This document shows positions 9,174 to 19,585 of a DNA stretch of 64,000 nucleotides, piece by piece. The DNA is from Verrucomicrobiota bacterium (GTDB lineage: Bacteria > Verrucomicrobiota > Verrucomicrobiia > Opitutales > Coraliomargaritaceae). The stretch spans positions 96,001-160,000 of the forward strand of contig JBCBZJ010000001.1 of assembly GCA_039815375.1 (NCBI GenBank), in the 5' to 3' direction. The notes under the pieces were generated by a model. That model was not told the DNA's origin and ran no database searches. It worked only from the letters and a program-made list of their open reading frames with translations. The position numbers were made by a program, and so were the translations under genes. Within the stretch, counting starts at the first letter, position 1, and each line of letters starts with the position of its first letter.

Positions 9174-11738
9174 TCAGAATAATGCCAACTGATCGTCTTC
9201 AGTCTCCGTCGATTGACCAGCGCTTTCTTTTTTCATGCGCTTGCGTAGTAGGTTGTGCGAGGAGTCATCAGCTTCGAGGCGTTCGAGGATAGTTTTGGCG
9301 CGGTCGATTACTGTTGCTGGTAGGCCCGCGAGCCGAGCCACTTGGATGCCGTAGGAGCGGTCGGCAGCGCCTTTGATAACCTGGCGGACGAAGATGATCT
9401 CGTCGTTCCATTCTTTGACGGCGACGGAGTAGTTTTCGAGACGATCGAGTGTCTTGGCGAGCTGAGTCAGCTCGTGGTAGTGGGTCGCGAAGAGAGTGCG
9501 TGGGCCAAGCTCGGACTGTGGATGCAGGTGCTCGATGACGGCCCAGGCGATGGAGAGTCCGTCGTAAGTGGACGTGCCTCGTCCGATCTCGTCGAGTATG
9601 ACGAGGCTACGAGCAGTCGAGTTATTGAGGATATTGGCCGTCTCATTCATCTCGACCATGAAGGTGGAGTTGCCGCGGGCGAGCTCGTCGCTGGCGCCGA
9701 CGCGTGAGAAAATGCGGTCGACGAGACCGAGCTGGCAGCTGCGGGCAGGCACCCATGCGCCGGACTGCGCCATCAGGACGATGAGCGCGACCTGACGAAT
9801 ATAGGTCGATTTACCTGCCATATTCGGGCCGGTGATGAGTGCGATCTGCGGCATATCTGCTGCGGCTCTGCTGGAGAGGTGACAATCGTTCGGCACGAAG
9901 GCGTGCGTGCCGGCAAGACCAAGCCGTTGCTCGCGCATCATTTGCTCAACCACAGGGTGACGACCCTGGTCGATTTGGAGCGTGTCGGAGCTATCCAGCT
10001 CTGGCTTACAGTAGTCCCATTCGCGGGCGAGTACGCCCCAACCGATGAAGACGTCGATCTCAGCGAGTGCTGCAGCAGTTTCCTTCAGAGCGTCCGCATA
10101 TTCAAGGATAGCAGCGATGAGCCCGTTGAAGAGTTCTTCTTCTCTTGCGATCGCCTTCTCTTCGGCACTGAGAATTTCGCGCTCTCGTTCTTTCAGAACA
10201 TCCGTGGTGTAACGTTCTGCATTCTTCATCGTCTGCTTGCGCACGTAGTCCTCGGGCACAAGTGCAATGTTGGCCTTGGTCACTTCGATGAAGTAGCCGA
10301 AAGCGCCGTTGAAGCGGATGCGTAGGTTCTTGATTCCGGTGCGTTCCTGCTCGGCGATTTCAAACTCGGTCAGCCACTTCTGGCTGTCGCGGGTGAGGCT
10401 GCGGAAGTGGTCGAGTTGTTCGTCGTAGCCGTCGCGGATGGTGCCGCCGTCGTCTATTTTGCCGGGGAGCTCATCGGCAAGGCCGCGGGCGAGTTGATCA
10501 CAGAGCGTATCGAAATTATGAATACGGCTTGCAATGGCAGCAACCGGCGTGCCAGGAAATTCCAGAAGCGTGATCGCGATGCTGGGCAGTGCATTCAGCG
10601 TATCGCGCACACCGCCGAGCTCGCGTGGGTTACGCATTCGATTTTGCAGGCGTCCGAGGATGCGCTCGATATCGCGGATGCCGCGCAGGAGTTGTTGCAG
10701 CTCGGTGGAAAGTCCTGGTGAGGTTACGAATTCGCCGACACAGTCCTGGCGACGCTGAATTTCGCTCAAGTCCAGCTCGGGCGCGCAGAGCCAGCGCTCA
10801 AGCAGGCGGGCTCCGGCCGGCGTGACGCTGCCGTCCATAGCGGCAAGCAGGGAACCTTGGCGGGTATTGGCGGCTGACTTAAATATCTCAAGGTTGCGAA
10901 GAGTAGATGGGTCGAGCAGGAGTGTTTTCTGCGAGCTATATTCTCGGATTCGGCGCAGGTTCTCCGGTTTCGCGCAAAGGGTTTCGGTAGCGTAGTGAAC
11001 AAGTGCGCCGGCCGCACCTAGAGCGGTGTGTTTTTGATCGATGCCGAAACCTTCGAGGTTGAGCACACCCAGTGTGTCGATCACTGCCTGCGTGCCTGAG
11101 ATTGTATCAAAGTGGTAGTCGGCTAGCGCAGTGACTGCACGTCCGTCGCAGAGATGCTGATAGAGCCCGTCGAAGCTCTCGTGGCTGTGCGGTAGACCCC
11201 ATTGTTGCGAAAGATTTTCCGGAACGAGGATTTCGCGGGGGTCAAGGCCTTCGAAAGCAGAGAAAAGGTTAGCCGGATTCGCGTCGGAAGCGATGCAGAA
11301 CTCGCCTGTGGTCAAGTCGAGCCAGGCAGCTTGCAGCTCCTTTTTTTCCATGGTGAGGGCGAGGAGGAAATGGTTGCGCTGGGCGTCGATCTGAGTGTCG
11401 GCCATCCGCGTGCCCGGTGTGATGATGCGGGTCAGCTCGCGCTTGACCAGTTTGCCCGGCTTGGGCGTCTCCATCTGGTCGCAGATGGCAATTTTTACAC
11501 CCTGATCGAGAAGCTTCTGGATGTAGCCGTCGGCTGCGTGGAAGGGAATGCCCGCCATGGGCATGCCGTGGCGATGGGTCAGCGTGATGCCCAGTAGTTT
11601 CGCGCCCCATTCCGCATCCTGTTTGAAGATCTCGTAGAAATCCCCGAGCCGGAACATGAGCAGCGTGTCGTCCGAGAGCTGGGCACGTATCTCGTGCCAT
11701 TGCTGCATCATGGGAGTGAGTTTCTTTTCGGCTGCCAT
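9174..11738 (-). CDS. mutS: DNA mismatch repair protein MutS
   Basis: TPMMQQW, FRLGDFYEIF, TGPNMAGKSTY, STFMVEM, DEIGRGTST and FATHYHEL motifs. Confidence 0.98.
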   Translation of the reverse strand: MAAEKKLTPMMQQWHEIRAQLSDDTLLMFRLGDFYEIFKQDAEWGAKLLGITLTHRHGMPMAGIPFHAADGYIQKLLDQGVKIAICDQMETPKPGKLVKRELTRIITPGTRMADTQIDAQRNHFLLALTMEKKELQAAWLDLTTGEFCIASDANPANLFSAFEGLDPREILVPENLSQQWGLPHSHESFDGLYQHLCDGRAVTALADYHFDTISGTQAVIDTLGVLNLEGFGIDQKHTALGAAGALVHYATETLCAKPENLRRIREYSSQKTLLLDPSTLRNLEIFKSAANTRQGSLLAAMDGSVTPAGARLLERWLCAPELDLSEIQRRQDCVGEFVTSPGLSTELQQLLRGIRDIERILGRLQNRMRNPRELGGVRDTLNALPSIAITLLEFPGTPVAAIASRIHNFDTLCDQLARGLADELPGKIDDGGTIRDGYDEQLDHFRSLTRDSQKWLTEFEIAEQERTGIKNLRIRFNGAFGYFIEVTKANIALVPEDYVRKQTMKNAERYTTDVLKEREREILSAEEKAIAREEELFNGLIAAILEYADALKETAAALAEIDVFIGWGVLAREWDYCKPELDSSDTLQIDQGRHPVVEQMMREQRLGLAGTHAFVPNDCHLSSRAAADMPQIALITGPNMAGKSTYIRQVALIVLMAQSGAWVPARSCQLGLVDRIFSRVGASDELARGNSTFMVEMNETANILNNSTARSLVILDEIGRGTSTYDGLSIAWAVIEHLHPQSELGPRTLFATHYHELTQLAKTLDRLENYSVAVKEWNDEIIFVRQVIKGAADRSYGIQVARLAGLPATVIDRAKTILERLEADDSSHNLLRKRMKKESAGQSTETEDDQLALF

Positions 11739-11792
11739 TCTTTTAGCCCTTCATCAAGGAAGGAGAAGGGGCACCTGTAAAAGATAATTTAG

Positions 11793-12509
11793 CTAGAGTG
11801 TGATCTTCCGTATGGCGAAGGCTCTGACTTCCACGCCCGGACTGTAGACGACATGGATAGGAGGGGCCTCCGGCGTTGCGAATCCATTGCTCTGGAAAAG
11901 CTCTTTGCTATATTCCGTAAGCTCCGTTTCCAAAAGTTCGTAGGGCTCGTGGGTTAGCTCTCCGAGATAGATCTGGCCTTTCGGAGAGGCCGAGAAGAAG
12001 CGGTATCGCTCGACAAGAAAGTCTTCCAGTGAGCCCTCTCTTGCGATTCCAATCGGCTTCGCCGGTTTGTAGATGAAGCGTTGTTCCGGCTCGTCGCCAT
12101 GCTGTGAGTGCATTCGGACGGTTTTGTCTGCCCGGACTGCGTAGTCCATGGTTGCGTATCGATAAGGCAGGCCGAAAAAGCTACGGGCGATTTGAACTGA
12201 AATCCAGCTGTGCGCATCGAGCGAAAAGAACCAGACGCCCCGGCGACCGTGTCGGTCACGGACATAGGTGCGTAGGTTCAGCTCGGGGAAATAAGAAATC
12301 CCTGGAAAAGGTGGGCAAAACCGAGGCCGAAGTGCGTGCATGTAAAACGGCACAACGCCAAGATAAGCATTACCTTGATAGGTGTCGACTTCCAGACCTT
12401 CAGGAAGCTTTTCCTGAATAAGTCCCGGTTCGATCTTCCAATGTAGAAAAAGAAGGTTCTGCCAGGATTGAAGAAGAAAGGGCGAGCGATCCGTAGCGAC
12501 GTCGTTCAT
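11793..12509 (-). CDS. YqjF / DUF2071 family protein
   Basis: QSWQNLLFLHW, FPELNLRTYV, GVWFFSLDA and FLVERY motifs. Confidence 0.88.
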   Translation of the reverse strand: MNDVATDRSPFLLQSWQNLLFLHWKIEPGLIQEKLPEGLEVDTYQGNAYLGVVPFYMHALRPRFCPPFPGISYFPELNLRTYVRDRHGRRGVWFFSLDAHSWISVQIARSFFGLPYRYATMDYAVRADKTVRMHSQHGDEPEQRFIYKPAKPIGIAREGSLEDFLVERYRFFSASPKGQIYLGELTHEPYELLETELTEYSKELFQSNGFATPEAPPIHVVYSPGVEVRAFAIRKITL

Positions 12510-13060
12510 TGATCGCGGATGGGTTTATTGTAACGTCGGATTTCAGGGACGCCATCGAGTTCAGGGATGCTGGGCTCACTACCCTCTGCTGCGGTAAAAC
12601 GTTCTGCGGTGTTGAATTCTTTGACGAGCCGCTCCGCATCGCAGCAATGTGAAGTCCTTTCCGGTTTATAACTAAGGAAGCCTTCGACCAATGGTATGGG
12701 CCGCAGCTCTTTGGGAAGTCTTTTATCCAGTTCGTCAAGAAAGCGAATTGCTGCCGCAAAGGTGCTAACGCCTGGGCCGTGGTACCAGCCACGCCCCTTT
12801 TCGAAATCGCCGCGAACCGCCGGATTGCCGTCTGGTTTGTGATAAGTGGAAAGCACGGCTTCAATGATCAGGATGCTGGGCCCCTTCAATCTCAGTTCAT
12901 CGGCGACAACACCGATGCACTCCCCGAAAGTAAGTGATTCGCTGGCTCTCGAATTGGAATAGGCGATGCCACAGGATTTGGCTGACGTGCTGTATCCGAG
13001 ATCGATTCCGATTTTCGGAAGATCTTTGGAGCAGCGGGCGCTATATCGATGGATTAGCAT
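12506..13060 (-). CDS. Hypothetical protein, possible RNase H-fold nuclease (DUF429-like)
   Basis: N-terminal IGIDLG..SCGIA, IIEAVLS, R...RGW and LVEGF. Start uncertain. Confidence 0.55.
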   Translation of the reverse strand: MLIHRYSARCSKDLPKIGIDLGYSTSAKSCGIAYSNSRASESLTFGECIGVVADELRLKGPSILIIEAVLSTYHKPDGNPAVRGDFEKGRGWYHGPGVSTFAAAIRFLDELDKRLPKELRPIPLVEGFLSYKPERTSHCCDAERLVKEFNTAERFTAAEGSEPSIPELDGVPEIRRYNKPIRDQ

Positions 13061-13155
13061 TGGGCAGGATTACATGAAAGGGTTTTCCGAAACAGGACCC
13101 TGTTGACGAAACGAATTATGAGTCCATCACCTTACTTTGTTAAATCTCTCTCAGT

Positions 13156-13932
13156 ATGCCGCTCCCGCTCAATTCCCTCCGTTACGAAAATTCTGGCGCG
13201 CCAGTGCTTGTCATTCTGCATGGTCTACTGGGCTCGTCGCGAAACTGGACCACGATCGGGCGTGCCCTTCAGGACAAATTCGATGTGCATGTGCTGGACC
13301 TACGAAATCATGGTAGCTCCCCGCACGCGGATTCCATGCGCTGGTCGGAGCTCGTTGCAGACCTTCTGCTCTACCTCGACGATAATGGGTTGAATGAACA
13401 TATCCTGATCGGTCACAGCCTGGGTGGGAAGGTGGCGATGCGCTTCGCTTCGGAATATTCGGAGCGGGTGGAGAAGCTGATCATCGTCGATATCGCGGCA
13501 AAGGCCTACCTGCCACATTTGGATACAGAATTTCGAGCCATGAAGTCGATCGATCTATCCGAGCTCGGCAGCCGTAAGGAAGCGGAGGAAGCACTGGAAT
13601 CGCTGGTTCCGGATTGGGGCCACCGCCAGTTTGTTTTGACCAATCTGGTTCGGGACAAAATCACAGGCGGCTTTTTTTGGCAGGTGAATGTGGAGGGCCT
13701 GCACGCGAATTTACCACATATGCGGATGAATGCCTTGCGGGAAGGCGATTCTTATGAGGGACCCACGCTTCTGGTGCGTGGTGGTAATTCCCGGTTTATT
13801 GAAGACGGCGATTCAGATGCGATGAGACTGTGGTTTCCGCACCTTGAGGAAGTCACGGTTCCCGATGTCGGCCACAATGTCCATGTCGAGGACCGCAGCA
13901 GTTTCCTTACTGTTTTGAACGACTGGCTTTGA
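13156..13932 (+). CDS. Alpha/beta hydrolase (YbfF/ABHD11-like esterase)
   Basis: LHGLLGS, DLRNHG, GHSLGGK nucleophile elbow and GHNVH. Confidence 0.92.
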   Translation: MPLPLNSLRYENSGAPVLVILHGLLGSSRNWTTIGRALQDKFDVHVLDLRNHGSSPHADSMRWSELVADLLLYLDDNGLNEHILIGHSLGGKVAMRFASEYSERVEKLIIVDIAAKAYLPHLDTEFRAMKSIDLSELGSRKEAEEALESLVPDWGHRQFVLTNLVRDKITGGFFWQVNVEGLHANLPHMRMNALREGDSYEGPTLLVRGGNSRFIEDGDSDAMRLWFPHLEEVTVPDVGHNVHVEDRSSFLTVLNDWL

Positions 13933-13953
13933 CTCCCGGAGGTCGGGAAACGA

Positions 13954-15921
13954 TCAATTCTCGGAATTTTTTCCAGCAGGTATTGAGCAGATGACAGAAG
14001 TGCCTTTTCCGAGTTCACTCTCGATCACCATTGATCCTTCGTTCCGATTTAGAAAGTCCCAACACAGCTTGAGCCCAAGTCCTGTTCCTGATTCTTGCTC
14101 TGTTCCTCTGGTGGTTTGGACCAGTAACTTGTTGTTTAGGGTATTTAATCTCTCCGGGTCCATTCCTACGCCGCTATCCGTTACGCGCAGCTCGACTTTT
14201 CCCTTCTCACGCGCACTGGCACTGGCTTCGATTCGAATGGTTCCTCCAGGCTCGGTGAATTTTAACGAATTCGAAACCAGATTGCGGATCACAGTTTCGA
14301 GCATACTGGGGTCGAAGAAGACCGCGATCAGAGGAATGTCTATATGTATGGAAACGTTTTTAATGATGGCAAGTTCACGGAAAGTCTTTGAAACCCGACT
14401 TGCAGCATTTGAGAGCTCTACGTCCTGACGGTCTGCAGAAAGCCCGGTTTGCTGGGCGCGTGCCCAAGTCAGCAAGTTTTCCAGAAGGAAGATGTTCTCT
14501 TTGCCGCTTTGGTAAATGAGCGCAAGCATCTCTCCCTGTTCTTCGGGAGATAATTCCATGTGTTTGTCTAGCAGTGTTTCGGAGAGACTAATACTTGCTG
14601 CAGCCTGACTTCGTAAATCATGAGCGATAATTGAAAACAAAAGGTCCTTGTTTGAATTCAACTCACTGAGCTCTCGCTGTGACTCTTCCAGCTGCTTTTG
14701 CTGGAGCTTCAATTTTGTTATATCGTAGAGGACTGCTGTGGCCGCATCAGGGCCCTTGGGCGAGATATTTGCCATCGCCCATGCGTCCTCCTGAGGACCT
14801 CCTATTTTGAGCTCGATGCGGTGGAATTCCTGCTGTCCGATCACTTTTTCAAGGGCTTGTCGGGCATCATCATTGCCACTCCCGAGCTCAAGAGAGTAAA
14901 TTGAGTCACCGACATTGAGACATTTGATGGCATGCGGCAGCCGGCATTGGGTCGGCCCAATCCATGTGATTATCCCTTTGGAATCAATCTCCAGAACGGA
15001 TGAAGTCATCGCGTTGAAAATGGATTGGAGCTGTCTGGCGTTGGCACGCAGATGAAGTATCGTTGCTGCAAAGAGGCCGATGAGGATAGAGATGGTGATC
15101 CCTGCGACGATCAATACAGACAGTAGAAAGCTGTCTTGGTCGAGGTAGCCTACCCAGCCTGAAGCGGGAACGGCACCAATAATCCAGGCTCCATCCGGTA
15201 ATCGAACGACGGCAGTGACTGGATTTTGTTCGAAGATTCCCGGGTCGCCGAAGAAAGTTTCTCCACGCAGGCCTTCGCCGTCATATCCTTTCAGGGCGAA
15301 GACTGCGCCCGAACCGGTTTCCGAGAAGCCGGCGGCCTCGAATAACTCGTCTTTCCGAATGACGATATCCGTCATTCCCCAGAACGTCGGTTCGGCGACG
15401 GTCTTGTCAAAAATGGGTGTATAGCTGATGAACGCGATGCCTCCTTCAATCAATTCGACTGGCCCGGCAACAAACGTCTTCTGCGTTTGTATCGTTTTTT
15501 CGACGATGGAACGCCTCTTGGGGTGATCAAAAAGGTCGAGGCCAATTACCTGTTCATGACCAGTCTGAGGGTAGACTGCCTTGATGACGCCGTCAGGGGC
15601 GATGCTCATTGAGTTGATGACGATGTCATCATTTACCAGTTCTCCTGCCAGATTGTAGAACTCCTCCAGCATCAGGTTCGGATGCAGCGACACGTAAGCC
15701 GAAATACTGCGTGTGTAATAAATCCGGGTGAAAAGTTCACTCTCGAGATTTGAGCGTGTATTGTTCAGCACCCTGGCCAGACGCGTGCGCTCATCCTTTT
15801 CCCACGCTTCCTCGGAGGTTTGCACATAAAGCGAGATGAAGTAGCCTAAAACCAACAAACAGCCTAAGCTGATAACAATCGCAGGGCGAATGATCTTAAG
15901 ATTCTGCTGGAGTTTGCTCAT
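13954..15921 (-). CDS. CHASE-domain sensor histidine kinase
   Basis: TM-CHASE (GLDL, AGPVELIEGG)-TM, then IIAHDLRS, RNLVSNSLKFT, DSGVGM and GTGLGL. Confidence 0.92.
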   Translation of the reverse strand: MSKLQQNLKIIRPAIVISLGCLLVLGYFISLYVQTSEEAWEKDERTRLARVLNNTRSNLESELFTRIYYTRSISAYVSLHPNLMLEEFYNLAGELVNDDIVINSMSIAPDGVIKAVYPQTGHEQVIGLDLFDHPKRRSIVEKTIQTQKTFVAGPVELIEGGIAFISYTPIFDKTVAEPTFWGMTDIVIRKDELFEAAGFSETGSGAVFALKGYDGEGLRGETFFGDPGIFEQNPVTAVVRLPDGAWIIGAVPASGWVGYLDQDSFLLSVLIVAGITISILIGLFAATILHLRANARQLQSIFNAMTSSVLEIDSKGIITWIGPTQCRLPHAIKCLNVGDSIYSLELGSGNDDARQALEKVIGQQEFHRIELKIGGPQEDAWAMANISPKGPDAATAVLYDITKLKLQQKQLEESQRELSELNSNKDLLFSIIAHDLRSQAAASISLSETLLDKHMELSPEEQGEMLALIYQSGKENIFLLENLLTWARAQQTGLSADRQDVELSNAASRVSKTFRELAIIKNVSIHIDIPLIAVFFDPSMLETVIRNLVSNSLKFTEPGGTIRIEASASAREKGKVELRVTDSGVGMDPERLNTLNNKLLVQTTRGTEQESGTGLGLKLCWDFLNRNEGSMVIESELGKGTSVICSIPAGKNSEN

Positions 15922-16267
15922 CCTAAATTGTTTGCGAATGAAGACCAGCGTGCGCAGATCAACACTAGTTCTATCTTAGCAGGGCTTTCGCCAATTATCC
16001 TGAAATAGTGGTGTTGTTGAAGAATCTTTTTTCGCGCTACTATGAGCCGAATTACACGAAAAATTAGTAAGTTCCAGAAAAGCTCGGATAAGTCAACGGT
16101 CCGGAGGTTTGGCAAAACCTATAATCTTACGGTCGAATGCTCTATCGAAGAGTTGAAATCAGCACGAGCTGGAACGTGAAAAAGTGTGAAGGATTGGAAT
16201 AAAAGCCTGCCGTTAATTCTTTGATTTAACTTTGCGCCTGTAGACCTTCCGAATTACCTAAATCAAA

Positions 16268-17305
16268 ATGATAACCCGTTCCCAGTCTGAAGCCGACAAG
16301 GTAGCTGCAGCCGGATTTGCCGAAATTTACGAACCGGTAAAGCCATTTCTGGATGATCTCGACATCTTCCTGCAGTCGCAGGTCGGTGAGCTCGAGCCGG
16401 AGATTCAGGATCACGTGCGTTACGTTTTCGGTCACAGCGGCAAGCGTTTGCGCCCGATGTTGGTTGCCTACGCTGGCTGGGAAGGCCCTGCTGGGAATGC
16501 TCATGCAAATCTGGTCCGCCTCGGTTCGATTATCGAACTTGTGCATTTGGCGACTCTTGTTCACGACGACATTCTCGACGAAGCAGATACCCGTCACCGT
16601 CAGGAAACCGCAGCGAAGAAGTTCGGCCCGGCTGCTGCTGTTTTGATTGGCGATGTCCTCTTTTCGCACGCACTCAAACTCGCGGCCGAGTTTCCCACAA
16701 CGGAGATCTGCCGTGTCGTTGCCCGTGCGACCTCCCGCGTCTGCGCCGGTGAGATTGCCCAGACCTACCAGAGAGGTGATGTTAATTACGACCGTGATTT
16801 CTATTACAGAGTTATCCAGCTTAAGACGGCGGAGCTTTTCGAAGTGGCTTGTCAACTCGGTGCCAAGGTTGCCGGCTATCCGGATGACTTTAGCGAAGCG
16901 GCCGGAGTCTTCGGGCGTCACCTCGGAATTGCCTATCAAATCTTCGATGACCTCGTTGACCTCTATGCTGAAGAGGCGATGATCGGAAAAACGCTCGGCA
17001 CCGATTTGGAGAAAGGGAAATTCACGCTCCCACTCTTACTCCTGCTCGAAAAAGTCGAACCTGCTGAAAGTGATGAACTGATCGCTCGCTTCAAAGCCGG
17101 CGACCCCGGTGTCGTGCCTGATTTTACGAAGCGCCTGCACGATTTTCCGATTTTCGAAGAGGTCGTGGGTGCTTTCGAAGCGGAACTCGTGAAAGCGACC
17201 GAGGCGCTCGCACCCTTTGAGCAGCTATCTCCGGTTGCGGCCATGCAGAAGATTGCCGGGCTCGTCCGCGCGCAGCTTTCGCGGATTCCAGCTGCCACCG
17301 CTTAA
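16268..17305 (+). CDS. ispB: Polyprenyl diphosphate synthase
   Basis: GKRLRP, ELVHLATLVHDDILD, KTA, YQIFDDLVD and GKFTLP motifs. Confidence 0.9.
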   Translation: MITRSQSEADKVAAAGFAEIYEPVKPFLDDLDIFLQSQVGELEPEIQDHVRYVFGHSGKRLRPMLVAYAGWEGPAGNAHANLVRLGSIIELVHLATLVHDDILDEADTRHRQETAAKKFGPAAAVLIGDVLFSHALKLAAEFPTTEICRVVARATSRVCAGEIAQTYQRGDVNYDRDFYYRVIQLKTAELFEVACQLGAKVAGYPDDFSEAAGVFGRHLGIAYQIFDDLVDLYAEEAMIGKTLGTDLEKGKFTLPLLLLLEKVEPAESDELIARFKAGDPGVVPDFTKRLHDFPIFEEVVGAFEAELVKATEALAPFEQLSPVAAMQKIAGLVRAQLSRIPAATA

Positions 17306-17443
17306 ATCTTTGCGATAGGCTGATAAAACGGTTGCCAAGCTCTGGCGCGACCGATGCTCTCGGCGGCTTTCTACTACCCTTAGGTGTTGTCGACGAACCC
17401 TGCTCCGGGAGTTCTCCACCGATTGGGACATTTTCTACATTCC

Positions 17444-18766
17444 ATGGATATCGCAATTGTGACCGGTGCGGAAACGCCGCTCGGCCTCCGCATCGTTCAA
17501 TCTCTCAACCAGCAGGGCTGCCGTGTTCACGGCATCGGCAACAACTTCTCCAGGGTCACTTACGCCGACCCGCAGTTCAAAGCCCATCCTGTTGATCTCA
17601 CTAATCTGGGAGCGGTCACTTCGACGCTTGGCGGCATCCTTGAAGAAGAGGGGCGTTTGCATGTCCTGATCCACGCCATTGATGTGACGCCAGGCACTCC
17701 CTTCGACAAACTGCCGCCGGGTAACCTCGAGGCCATTTTGAAGATCGGTTTGCTTGGCCCGGTCATGATGACCCGTCTCGCATTGCCCAATCTGCTGCGC
17801 TTTCGCGGGCAGCTTATCAACGTAATAACAGCCAACAAACACGGCAATCCCGCCAGCGCGGCCAATGCCCTGATCGAGGGCGGGCTGCGCGAGATGAACA
17901 AGGCACTCTTTGACCAGGGCCGGGACGCTGGTCTCCGTGTGACCAATTGTGTGCTCCGGCAAAACACCGAGCTGTCCGGTGCTACGGTTAGCGACGAGGT
18001 CCTCCGGCAGAGCCACATCGACCTTGAAGACGTGGCCCGCACGATCGAGCACTTGATCGATCCCAAGGCAGTGAATGTGCCGGAAGAAGTGGTGCTCCAT
18101 CCGCGGCTCAGCCCAAGTGCTGAAGCAGCCATGCCGAATGCGCCGCTGCCGCCCGATGCCTATGCCGAAGTATTGCTTCCGCCCAAGGAATACAACCCGC
18201 CGGAGCAACCCAGGATTCCGACCGAGGAAAAACAGCAGATCGAACGTAGCATTCCCTACACCGATGAGGAGATGGAGGACAAGATCGCTGCCGCGATTGA
18301 AGACTTCGAAGCCAATCCCCACCTTTACGAGCAGCCTGATCCGGCGTCTAAGAAGCAAACGCAGGGCGGTGGTTCGCAGCAGGAAGGTCAGGGCAAAAAG
18401 AAACGCCGCCGTCGTCGTGGCGGACGCAACCGCAACAAGGGCCCTCGGGAAGAAGGCGCGGTATCTGCCGACGGTCCGCAGCAACCAAGAGCGGAGCAAG
18501 CCAAGCCCGCACAGGAATCTCCCAAACCGGAAGCAAAGAAGGAAAAGTCCCCTGAGTCCAAGCCTGCCGAGCAGCCAATGAAGAAGAAAGTGGCGAGGAA
18601 GGCGGCGAAGAAGAAAGTGCCTTCTGAAGATGCTCCAGTAAAGAAAGTCGCGAAAAAGGCTGCCAAGAAGGCTACGACTAAGAAAGCCGCCAAGAAAAAG
18701 ACCCCGGCCAAGAAAGCTGCGAAAAAGGCGGCTAAGAAAAAAGCTGCCAAGAAAACAGGCGATTGA
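17444..18766 (+). CDS. SDR-like Rossmann domain with degenerate catalytic motifs, fused to an acidic, Arg-rich and Lys/Ala-rich tail
   Basis: AIVTGAETPLG, VDLTN and GLRVT motifs, then KKKRRRRRGGRNR and KKAAKK repeats. ATG 17444. Confidence 0.8.
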   Translation: MDIAIVTGAETPLGLRIVQSLNQQGCRVHGIGNNFSRVTYADPQFKAHPVDLTNLGAVTSTLGGILEEEGRLHVLIHAIDVTPGTPFDKLPPGNLEAILKIGLLGPVMMTRLALPNLLRFRGQLINVITANKHGNPASAANALIEGGLREMNKALFDQGRDAGLRVTNCVLRQNTELSGATVSDEVLRQSHIDLEDVARTIEHLIDPKAVNVPEEVVLHPRLSPSAEAAMPNAPLPPDAYAEVLLPPKEYNPPEQPRIPTEEKQQIERSIPYTDEEMEDKIAAAIEDFEANPHLYEQPDPASKKQTQGGGSQQEGQGKKKRRRRRGGRNRNKGPREEGAVSADGPQQPRAEQAKPAQESPKPEAKKEKSPESKPAEQPMKKKVARKAAKKKVPSEDAPVKKVAKKAAKKATTKKAAKKKTPAKKAAKKAAKKKAAKKTGD

Positions 18767-18768
18767 AG

Positions 18769-18843
18769 GTAGGGACGGCTGCCCCTCAGCCGTCCGGGAA
18801 ACTTACACGACGCTAGCGGACGCCTGAAGTCAGGCGTCCTTAC
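18769..18843. repeat. REP doublet (REPIN-like), copy 1, diverged
   Basis: GTAGGGACGGCTGCCCCTCAGCCGTCC...GGACGCCTGAAGTCAGGCGTCCTTAC, between convergent genes. Confidence 0.85.
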
Positions 18844-18850
18844 CATTTCA

Positions 18851-19258
18851 TCAAACCGGCCAGTGGCCATCGGGAATGAGCGTGCCCTTGCAGCGCTGCA
18901 TTGTGGCGTCGGTCATTTCGTAGGTCCAGACTTCGCCGAAGGGTTCTCCGTCCGGGGTATAACATTCAACTTTCAGTCGGATGTATTCGTTTTCCGGATA
19001 CGGACGATCCGGATCAAAGCCTTCGAGGTAGTCGAGCCGCAGGAAATCGGCCTCGGTCTTGAAGCTCAGGAGGAAGCCCCGCACCCAGCCGTCGCCGCGC
19101 AGCTTGAGCCCCGGGTAACCGACGTGCAGATCGTAGAGTTCGCCCCGGATCTTCGCGGGCACCGGTTCACCGACTTTGCCTTCGCAGAACTCCGGCCAGT
19201 AACGACCACCCGGCTTGAGCGTGCCATAGACAAAGACGGAGAGCTTGGACGTGTTCAT
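18851..19258 (-). CDS. Gamma-glutamylcyclotransferase (AIG2-like)
   Basis: VFVYGTLKPG, GYPG, LDYLEG and Y.R motifs. ATG 19258. Confidence 0.9.
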   Translation of the reverse strand: MNTSKLSVFVYGTLKPGGRYWPEFCEGKVGEPVPAKIRGELYDLHVGYPGLKLRGDGWVRGFLLSFKTEADFLRLDYLEGFDPDRPYPENEYIRLKVECYTPDGEPFGEVWTYEMTDATMQRCKGTLIPDGHWPV

Positions 19259-19263
19259 GTTAG

Positions 19264-19333
19264 TCCACAGATTACGCAGATTAGCGCCGATTTTTAAAGC
19301 GATTATCTGGGTGCTTAGTGAATCATTTGCGGA
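19264..19333. repeat. CAGAT-unit inverted-repeat element, copy A
   Basis: TCCACAGATTACGCAGATTAGCGCCGATT, with a degenerate inverted arm ending ATTTGCGGA. Confidence 0.55.
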
Positions 19334-19434
19334 TAAAATAGATCTGCTTGTTTGGGCTGGCCGGTCTCGGTTAAGGATGGGTGAATCTGAACCGTTGCGC
19401 TCGTGGAGAACACAGAGCTGGAAGCGCAAATGAG

Positions 19435-19508
19435 GTAGGGACGGCTGCCCTCAGCCGTCCGAGAAACTACCACAACGCTAGCGGACGCCTGAGGGCAGGC
19501 GTCCCTAC
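19435..19508. repeat. REP doublet (REPIN-like), copy 2
   Basis: GTAG-GGACGGCTG-CCCT-CAGCCGTCC, spacer, GGACGCCTG-AGGG-CAGGCGTCC-CTAC (74 bp). Confidence 0.9.
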
Positions 19509-19585
19509 CATTTATGACCAAAAGTAGAAACAAACGGTAGCGCAGGTGGGTCACCGACCACCCGGCTTGAGCGTGTTCACATTTG

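Noticed and set aside
19259..19429. N-terminal extension of the GGCT ORF
   Set aside because: It reads through repeat DNA. The family motif begins right after ATG 19258
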